DNA of 64,000 nt from contig NC_043003.1 of assembly GCF_006345805.1 (NCBI RefSeq), positions 114,018,001 to 114,082,000 of the forward strand, written 5' to 3'. The position numbers and the translations under genes are program-made. Position 1 is the stretch's first letter; each line of letters starts with the position of its first letter. This document shows positions 1 to 12,940 of this stretch, in pieces. The notes under the pieces were generated by a model. That model made no database searches and was not told the DNA's origin. It worked only from the letters and a program-made list of their open reading frames with translations. The DNA is from Octopus sinensis (lineage: Eukaryota).

Positions 1-185
1 GATTGGTTGAAATTGCAGAAATTGAAGAAAGAAAAACAACAAATATCTTACAAACTATAGAATTTTCTCAATAAAGCCAAGAGAAAAAGATATTTTATAA
101 ACACATTCTAGCAGTATACAAAATTTAAAATCTTTTAGTTACCTAGAAATTATGTTAAAAACTGCCGTTCAAACCGAAAAGATCC
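1..185 (+). mobile_element. 3' part of ~400-bp MITE (same family as 2559-2960 and 61010-61423), cut by window start
   Basis: Near-identical to the right half of the other copies; ends in the TIR AAAACTGCCGTTCAAACCGAAAAGATCC. Confidence 0.9.
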
Positions 186-744
186 CTTGGTGCTGCTATG
201 TCACAATGGTCTCTCTCTATCTATCTCCTTTTATTCTCAAAGGCCACACTGAGTGTTTGTCGAAAGAAGAGATAAATGGGAGAACGATATGGTGAACCAA
301 GCCTCACCATTGCCATATTGACGACCAGGAATGGTCAACAGGAACAGGCACCAAAATAAAAATCGTACTTAGCGATATATAATTAGGGACACCAGCATAT
401 TTTATTATTCTTCCATTTTTGAAACTTCTACGAGCTAAAGACATTGACGAAGAGCGGTTTGTTGGGTATAGGCTATGTAATAGATATACGGTGGCCCTGA
501 ATTGCTGTAATTCGTAAAATGAATGCCATTGGCATTGAATATTTGTTGGACAGTAGCGGAGCTGTAATGTCCTTCGTGTATGCCCAAACAGTCTTCTGTA
601 ACTTTAGCTTGTTTTTCATTTTTCCTTTTTTACAGAATTATGCTGGAAATGTAAATAAATCATCCAGACTCTCGAAAACGGATTTAAGCAAAATGTAATT
701 AAAAAATATACCCGTGAAAGACAGCTACGAGGAAACAAAATCTC

Positions 745-969
745 CTCCTGTCTGTCTGCATATCTATCTATCTACCAATCTATCTGCCTATCTACCTATC
801 TATCTGCCTATCTATCTGCCTAACTATCTATCTATCTATCTGTCTGCCTATCTATCTATCTATATCTATCTGTCTGCCTATCTATCTATCTATGTCTATC
901 TGTCTGCCTATCTATCTATCTATCTATATCTATCTATCTGTCTGCCTATCTATCTATCTGTCTGTCTGC

Positions 970-1003
<34 letters not shown>

Positions 1004-1093
1004 GTCTGTCTGCCTATCTATCTATCTGTCTGCCTATCTATCTGTCTGTCTGCCTATCTATCTATCTGTCTACCTATCTATCTATCTGTCTAC

Positions 1094-1132
<39 letters not shown>

Positions 1133-1150
1133 CCTATCTATCTATCTGTC
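745..1150. repeat. (TATC)n/(TGTC)n compound tetranucleotide microsatellite
   Basis: Direct reading; accounts for ORFs 714..1157 and 892..1167. Confidence 0.97.
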
Positions 1151-1459
1151 TTTATAAGCACACTTAGAAGCGCCGAGTGAGATGGTATTCTAAGGAATTC
1201 TCGAACCCAAGGTACAGGGTTCGATTCTTTGTAGAGGCTTGCTGGTCTCTTTATTTTTCCGACATATAATGAGTATTTACTCGATTTTCTAAGAATTTTT
1301 GAGAGCCAACGCGTGTTCCTTTACTTTCTGTAAGAATATCACACACACACACACACACCGACGGACACACACGGACACACACACACACACACCACACACA
1401 CACACAAACGGACACACACACGATAAATGACATCTGATACTTCTCTTAATATCCCCCTC

Positions 1460-1495
<36 letters not shown>

Positions 1496-1915
1496 ATCAC
1501 ACAGTCTTTTGACTGATTCTTTCTCTTCTCTTCCTTCTCTTCTCATCCTTCTCCCCGCTTCCATTTCTTTCCGTCACCTTGGTTTTTGTCCTTTCCCCCT
1601 TTAAATCCCATGAGCTCCCTAAACAGGGAACATAACACCCTTCTCTCTTTTCAAGTGACCCCTTGCTCAGCACGCCCTTATTTGAACTTGTGATAATCAG
1701 CCTGATCTCTCGACATCCTCCAACTCATACTCACACACACAGAAATACACACACGCACACACACAAAATATGTGCTTTCATATCTATGTACATATATGCC
1801 CGTGTATATACGTTCAATATGTATATATACACATGTATATATATATATATATAATATATATATATACACACACATATGCCCCTATATATATTTATATATA
1901 TACACATATGCTCCC

Positions 1916-1969
<54 letters not shown>

Positions 1970-2558
1970 TGTGTGTGTGTGTGTGTGTTTGTGTGTGTAT
2001 GAGTGTGTGTGTGTTTGATAGACCTTGTGTGTGTGTGTGTGCGTGCGTGCGTCGGTGCCTGTTGTATTTGTAATGAGCCAGTGAGTGATTGGCTAGATTA
2101 CATGTCACTGAAGGAAAATAAACATGGCCCTCTCCTCACGCATACTTAGATTTAGTGATGGTGATTCTTGTCGACAAACGATATGGGGGTCTTGGGAAAC
2201 ATTACTGAAGTTCTCTGAGGAATAGGAGATTTGTTAGACCGCACGCATTCATCTCTAAACTTTAATTATTGGTTGACAGGGATAATCACAAGCATTAGTA
2301 GATTAGCAATATTCTGTGTTGGTATGAAGAAGGTTGAGACTAGAAACAGAAGCAATGGTTGGTGGTTGTAGTTTAGCCCCACGTGAGCCCAGGTACAGCA
2401 ACCCTGTGATCAAGACGTTTTCGCCGTGACCACCCTCTATGTTTTATTTAAACAAATTGTATTCGCGATTCCATTATTCGACAGAGCCTTCACCCTTGTG
2501 ATTTTGTGATTTAGCTTCTCTTTCTAGCAAGTCGAAAGGCCAGTTAAAGTCTCTTATT

Positions 2559-2960
2559 GGATCTTTTCGGTTTGAACGGCAGTTTTTTCTAGCGGTGTCA
2601 TATGAAATTGCCACCCATAATTATGACCCTAGTATCGATCTACTGCATTTCAATTTGTTTTACGGATAGGGTTAGGGGGAAGAGTATCTTTTTTTCTTCA
2701 CAAATGTAAAAAAACCCAATCTGTTTCTTAAACGAGGGACATATTCATACGGCACAGAATGTTTTCAACTCAATAGACGTCACTGATTGGTTGAAATTGC
2801 AGAAATTGAAGAAAAACAACAAATATCTTACAAACTATAGAATTTTCTCAATAAAGAGAAAAAGATGTTTTATAAACACATACTACCAGTATACGAAGTT
2901 TAAAATTTTTTAGTCACCTAGAAATTTTTTTAAAAACTGCCGTTCAAATTGAAAAGATCC
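2559..2960 (+). mobile_element. Non-autonomous DNA transposon (MITE), ~28-bp TIRs, 8-bp TSD
   Basis: Left GGATCTTTTCGGTTTGAACGGCAGTTTT; right AAAACTGCCGTTCAAATTGAAAAGATCC; CTCTTATT duplicated at 2551-2558 and 2961-2968. Confidence 0.93.
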
Positions 2961-3399
2961 CTCTTATTTACTGGAAGTAGTGCGTTGTTGATGAAGGAGC
3001 AAATGTCTGCGATACTTCGAGTTGGTGTGTTTTGTCCCACGACACAAAATCAAACAATAATAACACCATTAATTTTTCGTTTCATGTCACAAAAGACGAA
3101 AGGAACAAAGATTTTATGAGAAAGGAAATGTGGGTTCAATTCCTTCTACTTCGTTCTCCATACTATATATTTTACCATAGCAACCATACCAACTAATAAA
3201 CATTACTTGACCATCCCGTAGAAAATTTTTGCAAAAAAAAAAAGGAGTAGCTAAATGATCCTCAATTAGTCGGTAAGAAACAAACGTTTGTAATCAAAGA
3301 CCATTGTTTAGTAGAATTGATAAAGTGCCAGACAAAATGAGGATTAGTCATAAATAGTTAGGTCTTGTAGTATTTGGAGCGACTTTGAGGGTTTTAACT

Positions 3400-3800
3400 G
3401 TGCCTTGTCGCTGTAGTGCCATATCGCTTCTGAGATACGAGTAACGATTATCTGACGGTGCTATTGAAGAATTAGTTGTCATAACCACAAGTGTTCTGTC
3501 CAAGTGTGGCGCCACATGGTTCGGTGGCGAAGGGACGACAATTTCATGCGGAAAATTTAAGTGGGGGCCTACAGTGGCATGATTTGTCGCGGAATATAGA
3601 TGATTTGTGTCAAAGGAACTGGCCTTAATTGAACAGGTCGTCCGAACACAACGTATGTAGATGAACTCACCAGGGACACTGGATGCCTCCTGCATCCTCA
3701 AAGATTTCATTCAACTAATGCCGTACCGAAATGAATCACGTGCGCAGGTTACAACTGTCTGAGTAAGCTCGGCCACTTGAAGATGACATGGATGATTAAA
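3400..3800 (+). pseudogene. Possible decayed LINE ORF1 (gag-like, L1/Tx1 type) fragment
   Basis: Broken frames give VVITTSVLSKCG and YNCLSKLGHLK, resembling a CCHC knuckle; many stops. Confidence 0.3.
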
Positions 3801-3994
3801 TTATGAGAGTATGTGAGCTGTGAATATGTCGACTGGGGAACAATGGAAAGATAATCAACACAAATATGCAGTGAAGTTATGAATCATTTTGTAGGTTAGA
3901 GTTGAGTTCCTCGCGGTAAAAGGGAAGGTCAGGTAAGTTGCAATTCAAGACATGACAGGTGATTCTGAAAAGGAAAACTTTTCACACACGCACG

Positions 3995-4035
<41 letters not shown>

Positions 4036-4045
4036 GGATTGGAAT

Positions 4046-4395
4046 CACTCAGTTGGTTACGACGACGAGGATTCCGGTTGATCCGATCAACGGAACAGCC
4101 TGCTCGTGAAATTAACGTGTAAGTGGCTGAGCACTCCACAGACACGTGTACCCTTAACGTAGTTCTCGGGGATATTCAGCGTGACACAGAGTGTGACAAG
4201 GCCGGCCCCTTGAAATACAGGTACAACAGAAACAGAGAAACTGTGGTGAAAGAGTACAGCAGGGATCACCACCATCCCTGCCGGAGCCTCGTGGGGCTTT
4301 AGGTGTTTTCGCTCAATAAACACTCACAACGCCCGGTCTGGGAATCGAAACCGCGATCCTACGACCGCAAGTCCGCTGCCCTAACCACTAGGCCT

Positions 4396-4397
<2 letters not shown>
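4046..4397 (-). mobile_element. tRNA-headed SINE (family C)
   Basis: Minus strand head GGAGGCCTAGTGGTTAGGG...GGTTTCGATTCCC with A/B-box-like motifs; similar copies at 10296, 50945, 58575, 61628. Confidence 0.85.
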
Positions 4398-4435
<38 letters not shown>

Positions 4436-6469
4436 ACAAACACACATACACAGGCATATGAGTTTCCTACGTGAAAGCAGATCAAAACGAGAATGTGAAT
4501 CTAGTTGTGAACAGTAGTAGTTCAGTTACGTATTGCCTGGCCTGAATGTCCGAGCTGTCTAGAATATGTCACGTGTGTTTATAGGAAGGTTTTATTTTAA
4601 TGCTTTGAGAATGTTCCTCGAAGGTACGGCACCTCTGATATTAAATGCTCTGAGCAGTTAGTTTAAGGTAAAATGTGGAGAATAGAGAAAATAGTGAACC
4701 AAACACCCAGAGAACTCGACACACGTTCAGGTTATATTACTGGTATTGCTGTGTGTCTAGATCCAATATATTTTAATTAACAACAGGTCACTGAATTCGT
4801 GTATAAATAGGAAATCTAAAGCCAAACGATTGTGACTGTAAGCAGTGGGAGCTCTGTGGTATTCACGAGTGTTTCGTGTTTAAGGGTTTCTGCAATTCTT
4901 GGATAATGCAAGGTATCCCGCAACTGCTGAGGGTTTGTTGCAAACAACTCCTCAATACAGCAGTGCTTAAAGCTAATTACTTTCACTTTAATCTCCATCA
5001 ATCTTTAATCATCAGTAATGAATATAGACAACAATAGGTACCAGTAATATACTTGTACCGTTATAGTCGAATGATATCAGATGATAAATCTGCTCTATTG
5101 ATTACAGAAGAAATCACTATCTCCATATGCTTAGTAGTCTAACAGGAGTTCGAATCCTTTATAGTCGCCATTTCCACTTACTCAGCCGTACCCACCACTT
5201 TCAATATAAACCAGTCAATACAATCACTACAGACATCTCAATTGTCTTCACCAACACCAAAACTACAACATTCACCACCACCACTACCACCACCACCACC
5301 ACCACCACTGCGGGTACCCTAGCCACCACCGACTTCATCATCAAACGACAACACCACCCCACCTTCCGTCGCGGCCACCCTCATCTCCTCGAGCAGGAAG
5401 CAATGTCTCCCAATCGGGTCCTTCTGCCAATAGACACCAATCCACTTGTTATTATTAACCGAGTGTTTATGTCTATATACTGTCGGCTGTGTTTATGTGT
5501 ATATACACTTGCTGGGCAGTGTTTATGTGTAGACACTGTTGGGTGTGTTTATAAAATACAATGAAGACGCAGTTTTCAGTCTAGATTTACACAGACGAGA
5601 CCTTTATTAACCTCCTCCAACAGCACTCAGTCGCTCTCCTCCTCCTCCTTCCGTTTTTGTGTATATATAGAAGTAGGTGTGAGCATGTGTATATATATTT
5701 GCACACATACACAAATAAATATGTGTGTGTGTGTGTGTTTGTGCGTATGCGCGTGGGTGTTTGTATGTGTGTAAAATCTGACACAGACACATACAGAGGA
5801 GTAACCGATATGGTCAAAATTCAACATTTTCTCTATATACACGTGATTATATATATATATATATATATACATATATATATACATATATATACACACATAT
5901 ATCTGTCTGTGTGTATATATATGTGTGTGTGTGTGCGTGCTTGTATACATAAATACACACATGTAGTCCATAGTTTTCTTGTGTTGTCTTGAAAATAACT
6001 TTAATCGCTGTCTCTTGGTATCAACAGCTAAACCATGTCGATTTTAGACTTTGTCTGTACAACAACAACAGCTACTACTACTACTACTACTGCTTCTTCT
6101 ACTACTACTACTACTACTACTACTACAACGATATAGATTAGTCTGAACCCTGTACGACTCGGTAATTCGCAATGCGTTCGACTCTCGCAGGCGCATTTTG
6201 TCCTTGAGCAAGATTCTCTATTTCACCTTGCACCAGTCCACTCAGCTGGCAAAAATGAGTTGTACCTGTAACTCACAAGGCGCCAGCCTCGTCACATTCT
6301 GTGTTACGTGTGTCCTAAGCGACGGAGTGTCAGTTATAAATGTGTGCGTGTGTCAGGAATTTTGAATGAAGCGACAAACTATGTTCTTCACATGATTCAA
6401 TTCATATTTTATTTTTCAACATTTATGATTTGTTAGATGATCAGTTGGTTTTCCTCGAGTATTTACTCT

Positions 6470-8030
6470 CTGGCTAAAATCAATGGATGCGGACCGTAGC
6501 CCTGAACATTTCCTTTCCCAGGCGATTACCCCAGTGAAAGGCAAAACAATCACTCGCCGTGAACTACCGACCGATCTCACTTACCTCTGATATACTTTTC
6601 TACTCTAGGCACAAGGCCCAAAATTTTAGGGAAGAAGAACAGTCAATCAGATTAACCCCATTACGCAACTGGTACTTAATTTATCGACCCCGAAATGATG
6701 AAAGGCAAAGTCGACCTCGGCAGAATTTGAACTCAAAACATAGAGACAGTCGATTTACCTCTCATATCTTCAAATTATTTGAGAGAGTGAAGAGATCTCG
6801 AATCACTCACTTCTTGGAATCTAACAGCCTGATTATTCCCAACCAACATGGCTTCCGCAATGGAAACGACTGCTTAACACAGCTCTTTCATCATTTCAAT
6901 GACATCTTAAAGGCCACGAGAGAGGGCTCCTATGCAGACGTCATATACCTTGACTCCAGCAAAGCCTTTGACAGGGTTGATCGCTGCATCCTGTTAAAGA
7001 AACTCTCCAACATCGGAGTCCGAGGAAAACTGTTAGCTTGGATTAAATGTTTTCTGATGAACAGAACTCAACAAGTGGTAATTGATGGTGTTCGATTGAC
7101 CTCAGCCAGGGTCCCACAAGGCACTGTATTGGACCCGCTCCTTTTCATAATTTATATTAATGACATCACTGACGTCATCAAACACAGTAGCAAACATATT
7201 TTCACCGATGATTATAAGTTACTGATGGTTGTTAACAGGGTTGAAGATCAGACAACTCTTCAATCTGATCTGTTATCCAATGGGCGGAGAAACGCAATAT
7301 GCAGTTGCACGAGAAACAAATTCAACCTGATCCACTTCGGTAAAGACAATGCATTCCAACAACCAAACACTCTCCCCACGGGCGAAACCCTCGTGGCATC
7401 CAGCACTGCTGGGTATTACTGTTGACTAGAAAATAAGCTGGAGTGTTCACATACACAGCAAAGTTGACATGGCTCGCAGGGCGTGCTCCTGGATCCTAAG
7501 GACTTTCTGGTCTAGAGACGCCCCAACCATTATCCTACTTTTCTCTAGTTTTGCTCGGCCTCACCTTGAATGCTGTTGTCCGCTGTGGTCTCTCCAGACG
7601 ATACAGAATATCATGAAAATTGAAGCTCCCCAGAGATCAATCCCTCCAAAATAGATGACATGACAAGCCTTGACTATTGGGATCGACTCAAAAAGCTCAG
7701 GCTTTACTCCCTTCGACGCCGCGGTGAGCGCTATATCATCTGTATGATGCGGAAATTAATCCATCAACATTGCCCAAACGATATAGGTATCAACTTAAAA
7801 AATCGAGGCTTGGGTCCTGTGCCATCCGTCCACTACAGAATTCATGTTCGTGTCGTATCACAACCCTACGACAGAACTACTTCCCCTCAACTGGGCCTGC
7901 TCTCTTCAACATTGTGCCAGCCCCACATAAAGGAGGAAAGTGATTTCACGACATTCAAAAGGTCCCTAGATGGATTACCTCCAACAAATACCAGACAAAC
8001 CACCCACACCCGTGCCAAATTACTCTGAAA
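6470..8030 (+). mobile_element. Degenerate CR1-like LINE ORF2 (RT to 3' end), with a SINE fragment inserted at ~6640-6742
   Basis: NYRPISLTS, NQHGFR, DVIYLDSSKAFDRV, VPQGTVLDPLLFIIYINDI, FTDDYKL, ARPHLECC, DYWDRLKKLRLYSLRRR; frameshifts and stops. Confidence 0.9.
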
Positions 8031-8555
8031 ACAATAACTCTCTGCTCGAATGGCCTATGGTACCCAAGAGCTGACTGTGAATCTCTTCCCGGTGGTGCTA
8101 TTAAACTTATCTAATTAATCTAAATAATCTATTTAAAATTGTGTTGGTTTTTGAGATTTATGAATATTTAGATTCCTTTTCTGTTATACTTTTACACAAC
8201 ACTAAATATTTCAACAGTTTTTTTTTGTATATAACTCCTAATAATATTTAATTGTAAAGTATCATGGGATTCTTTTTAAACATCGAATGCTTATTAGGGT
8301 CCAGTAGAGTAAAATAGAAATTAAAGGGACCCATAGGTAAAAAATAATGGCTGAGAAAAGCCATTGAAAGTTGCAGGTTTTGTATTGAGTGTTATTGTCT
8401 TTAAAAAATTTTTTAAAAACTTTTTGTGACTGATTTAAAAAACGTATTTTTTGTTAAAGTCGGTTGATTTGTTGCAGGAGTGTAGTGATTGCCTTTGTTA
8501 TTCAAGTTGTTGTTATGGTGTTATGTAATGTATCAGTGTGGTTGTTAATGTCGCT

Positions 8556-8629
8556 TAAGTGTTTAAATCCGAAATAAGCCACAAAATCTGATCTCTTGTT
8601 TTGTGGTTTATGCTGGATTTGAACATTTG
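8556..8629 (+). ncRNA. Pre-miRNA-like hairpin (candidate)
   Basis: 31-position stem with one 2x2 internal loop, five G-U pairs and a 12-nt loop; no expression evidence. Confidence 0.3.
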
Positions 8630-8916
8630 CCAGTTTTCAGTTTTTCATTTATTTTCATTGATCGGGGTGATTCGGGCATTCAATTACATTGACTTTGGGA
8701 AAAGGACAAACGGAATTTCGAACGGCCTCCTAAATATATGATTATATAAATTATGTATAAATACTTAAATATATAATTACATCAGTAAGCTACTTTAAAT
8801 TGTTATATTTCCATGTGCACGCCGGACAGAAAATGCTTAGTGGCATTTCGTCCGTCTGAGTTCAAATACTGTTGAGGTCAACTTTGGCTTTTATATTTTT
8901 GGCTTCGATAAAGTAT

Positions 8917-9332
8917 ATATTTCTTTACTACCCACAAGGGGCTAAACACAGTGGGGACAAACAAGGACAGACAAACGGATTAAGTCGATTGCATCGACTC
9001 CAGTGCGTAACTGGTACTTAATTTATCGACCCCGAAAGGATGAAAGGCAAAGTCGACCTCGGCGGAAGTTGAACTCAGAACGTAACGGCAGACGAAATAT
9101 CTATTTCTTTATTACCCACAAGAGGCTAAACATAGAGGGGACAAACAAAGACAGACATAGGTATTAAGTCGATTGCATCGACTCCAGTGCGTAACTGGTA
9201 CTTAATTTATCGACCCCGTAAGGATGAAAGGCAAAGTCGACCTCGGCGAAATTTGAACTCAGAACGTAACGGCAGACGAAATACCGCTAGGCATTTCACC
9301 TGGCGTGCTAACGTTTCTGCCAGCTCGCTGCC
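8917..9332 (-). mobile_element. Dimeric SINE (family B): full unit plus headless unit
   Basis: Two tandem copies of the body GTCGACTTTGCCTTTCATCCTTTCGGGGTCGATAAATTAAGTACC; only one has the GGCAGCGAGCTGGCAGAAACG head. Confidence 0.9.
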
Positions 9333-9502
9333 TTAAGTATAAGTTGCACACTGGGGTCGTTGCTGTCGACTCTCAACTGTCCCCTGTCCGGAATCTTTAG
9401 TGGGCGTGATGTTTCAGATGTATGTACTTAACCAAATTCGAGTTTCTGATAGTTCTTTAGTGAAGTTTCCAATAATGCAATAAATTTACAATATTTGAAC
9501 AC

Positions 9503-9916
9503 TTACTCTTTACTCTTTACTCTTTACTTGTTTCAGTCATTTGACTGGGGCCATGCTGGAGCACCGCCTTTAGTCGAACAAATCGACCCCCAGGACTTAT
9601 TCTTTGTAAGCCTAGTACTTATTCTATCGGTCACTTCATCCGAACTGCTAAGTTACGGGGACGTAAACACACCAGCATCGGTTGTCAAGCGATGTTGGGG
9701 GGGGGGACAAACACAGACACACAAACACACACACACATATATATACATATATACGACGGGCTTCTTTCAGTTTCCGTCTACCAAATCCACTCACAAGGCA
9801 TTGGTCGGCCAGAGGCTATAGTAGAAGACACTTGGCCAAGGTGCCACGCAGTGGGACTGATCCCGGAACCATGTGGTTGGTAAGCAAGCTACTTACCACA
9901 CAGCCACTCCTGCGCC
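9503..9916 (-). mobile_element. tRNA-derived SINE with CORE-like segment, internal TA/TG microsatellite and (AAAGAGT)n tail (family A)
   Basis: Head GGCGCAGGAGTGGCTGTGTGGTAAG; CTGCGTGGCACCTTGGCCAAGT resembles the CORE domain; many copies in window. Confidence 0.9.
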
Positions 9917-10295
9917 TATAGGAGTTTTAAAATTGTATTTTTTTGTTTGTGTTTTTTTTTTGTTGCCTACTTCAGCAAACATAATAATCTCCCAAATTAA
10001 AATATATCAGAATTTTACATCTTTTTAGATCAACCAAAAATCCGTTTCGTTCAATTCTCCATTTCGAATTCCTTGTATTTAAATTCTGCTCACAAGAATG
10101 TTAAAGTCCCAACAGCTAATAAAAACAAAACAAATGAAACCCTTGTGAAGGACCCATCTGTTTAATATTACAATATCCACAGATTTATTATCCCAATAAA
10201 TCGATTTTCTAAATAGCCAATTGATTACTTGGTGTTGTGTATTTTATAAAACGTAGAACATTTTCGGTTGTTTTGTTGGTTGGTTTGTAATTAAT

Positions 10296-10685
10296 GATGA
10301 TGGAAGCACTCCGTCGGTTACGACGATGAGGGTTCCGGTTGATCCGAATCAACGGAACAGCCTTCTCGTGAAATTAACGTGTAAGTGGCTGAGCACTCCA
10401 CAGACACATGCACCCTCAACGTAGTTCTCTGGGATATTCAGCGTGACACAGAGAGTGACGAGGCCGGCCCCTTGAAATACAGGTACAACAGAAATAGGAA
10501 GTAAGAGTGAGAGAAAGTTGTGGTGAAAGAGTACAGCAGGGATCACCACCATCCCCTGCCGGAGCGTCGTGGAGCTTTTTAGGTGCTTTCGCTCAATAAA
10601 CACTCACAACGCTCGGTTTGGGAATCGAAACCGCGATCCTATGACCGCGAGTCCGCTGCCCTAACCACTGGGCCATTGCGCCTCC
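10296..10685 (-). mobile_element. Full-length SINE (family C) with 12-bp TSD
   Basis: TTTGTAATTAAT at 10284-10295 and 10686-10697. Confidence 0.92.
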
Positions 10686-11589
10686 TTTGTAATTAATACT
10701 ACTTCAGTGACAAGTTCAGCCATATTGAAAATAGTTTTGAAGATGAAACAACTTCAACGAATTGTATTTTACAATCATTTTAGTTACAAAAGCGAGATTT
10801 AAATTTTTTGTAAATGTTGCATTTCAGTGAGGGTCGAATTTTTTTCGAATTATGGAACCACAGAAGTTCAATAATATCCAAAGACACTGCAGCGACCAAA
10901 TATTATTAAATTTTTGGTGGACTTGATAACCGAAAAGTTTTCATCGTATCGAGCTTGTAAATTATATTTTTAAATAATTATAAAAAATAAAAAACTTCCA
11001 CAGTAGAAATTTTACTTTTCTCGAGTTCATTAGCAGCTAATTTAAATATCAACCTTCTAATTTGTAAGAACAGCAGATAAAATTTCTACAGAATTGTTTT
11101 CAGCAGAAAAAAAAAAAGTTTAAATAATTACTTTGAGCGATCAGTTTGGTTTGCTTAAGAAACAGGAAGAAAGAACCTCTAGGAATGAAAAGTTCCTTCA
11201 GTACAAGAGAGTAAACATAATTCTCTTGTTGGTATTTACCAAAGAAATTCTTTCTGATCGATATCCTCAAATAAATCTGAATTCTTGAGATTGTCCAGTT
11301 TATTGAACTTTTCTGCAGACACAGAAAAAAAAAATGTAGCAACGTATTTTAAAGAAACTTATGCATCTCCACTAAATTAAAAAAAAAAAAAAGATATTTA
11401 ATATTGAATTTCTGGTTCTTCAGAAATATGAAATAATTATTTTTAAACTTACAACTTGATCGTTATTTTGAATTTTGGGACAAAAGTTTTACTAAGAAAC
11501 AACATTTAGCATCGTATTGGAACACAAAGAATGACAGAAAGAAAAAAAAAAAGGCTGAAAAAGTTAAGTTAATTTTTTGGCTCAAAAAG

Positions 11590-12150
11590 CAAAAAGCAAG
11601 GCCATGTAGTGGGACATGGAGTTATGTATAGGGTGGTGTTCATGCAAAGAGTTCAGGCCATTTCTGGTCAAGAGAGACTTTGAACCGAGCGGTCGTCGGC
11701 ATCTTCACTATCTCGTCCGGCAGCTTATTCCACGGATACGCAACCCGGACGGAGAAAGCCCCTCTCCTTCAACTGAGATGAAATCGTCGCAGATAGAGCT
11801 TTTCCGAGTGACCCCGCAGCCGACGATCTGGAGCAGGAGTGAAGAACAGCTCCTTCGATAGGTTACACTTTCCGCTTATGATGTTGTGAGCGAGAATGAG
11901 ATCACCACGGCGTCGTCGTTTTTCTAGAGAACAAAGGTCGAGCGTCTTCAGCCTTTCTTCATAAGACAAATGCTTGAGACCAAGAACCATGCGGGTAGCA
12001 AGCTTCTGGACTCTTTCGAGATGATGTATGTCTTTGAGGAGATAAGGAGAAGAGGCTTGAATCCCGTACTCCAATATGGGTCTCACCAGCGTGGCCCTTC
12101 TCGTCCAAAGAGAAAGGACAGTGGACGACCCATCTTAGAAGTGATGAAAG
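11590..12150 (-). mobile_element. CR1-like LINE 3' fragment
   Basis: RPILEYGIQASSPYLLKDIHHLERVQKLATRMV...YEERLKTLDLCSLEKRRRRGDLI. Confidence 0.9.
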
Positions 12151-12339
12151 AAACATTGAACAGAGAGCGTGACCGTAATGCATTGGTGAATAATTTATGT
12201 TACGCTACAAGAGAGGAAATGGTTTGAGGCACTTGTTTTGTGGGTGCAAAACAGAGAATATGGAGAGGATGATGTTTCATTTGGAAGGAGGTTTTCAGGA
12301 GTTTGTGAAAATAATAGACCATTCTGAATGTCTTGTGGC

Positions 12340-12940
12340 GATGACGATATCGAGAACGACAAAGACAAGGATGATGTTGATGATGAGGATGCTGATGATG
12401 ACGACGACGATGATGATGACGATGCCGAAGATAATGATGACGACGACGACGACGATGATTATGATGACAACGACGATGATGGTGATGAGGATGCTGATGA
12501 TGACGACGACGATGATGACAACGACGATGATGACGACGATGATGATGATGATGATGCCGAAGATAATGACGACGACGACAACGATGATGATGACAACGAT
12601 GATGATGATGACAACGACGATTATGATGACGACAACGACGATGATGACGACGACGATTATGATGACGACAACGACGATGATGGTGATGCTGATGATGACG
12701 ACGACGATGATGACGACGACGACGACGACAACGACGACGATGACAACGACGACGATGACGGCGACGACGACGATGATGATGCCGAAGATAATGATGACGA
12801 CGATGATGATAACAACAATGATGACGACGACGATTATGATGACGACAATGACGATGAGGATGCTGCTGATGATGACGACGACGATGATGACAACGACGAC
12901 GATGACGGCGACGACGACGACAACGATGATGATGATGATG
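12340..12940. repeat. Long (GAT/GAC)n trinucleotide repeat with higher-order sub-repeats
   Basis: Direct reading; GATGCCGAAGATAATGA and GATGAGGATGCTG motifs each recur three times. Confidence 0.95.

Noticed and set aside
4330-4397. tRNA-like sequences here and at other SINE heads
   Set aside because: Only A/B boxes are retained, with no full cloverleaf, and they continue into SINE bodies
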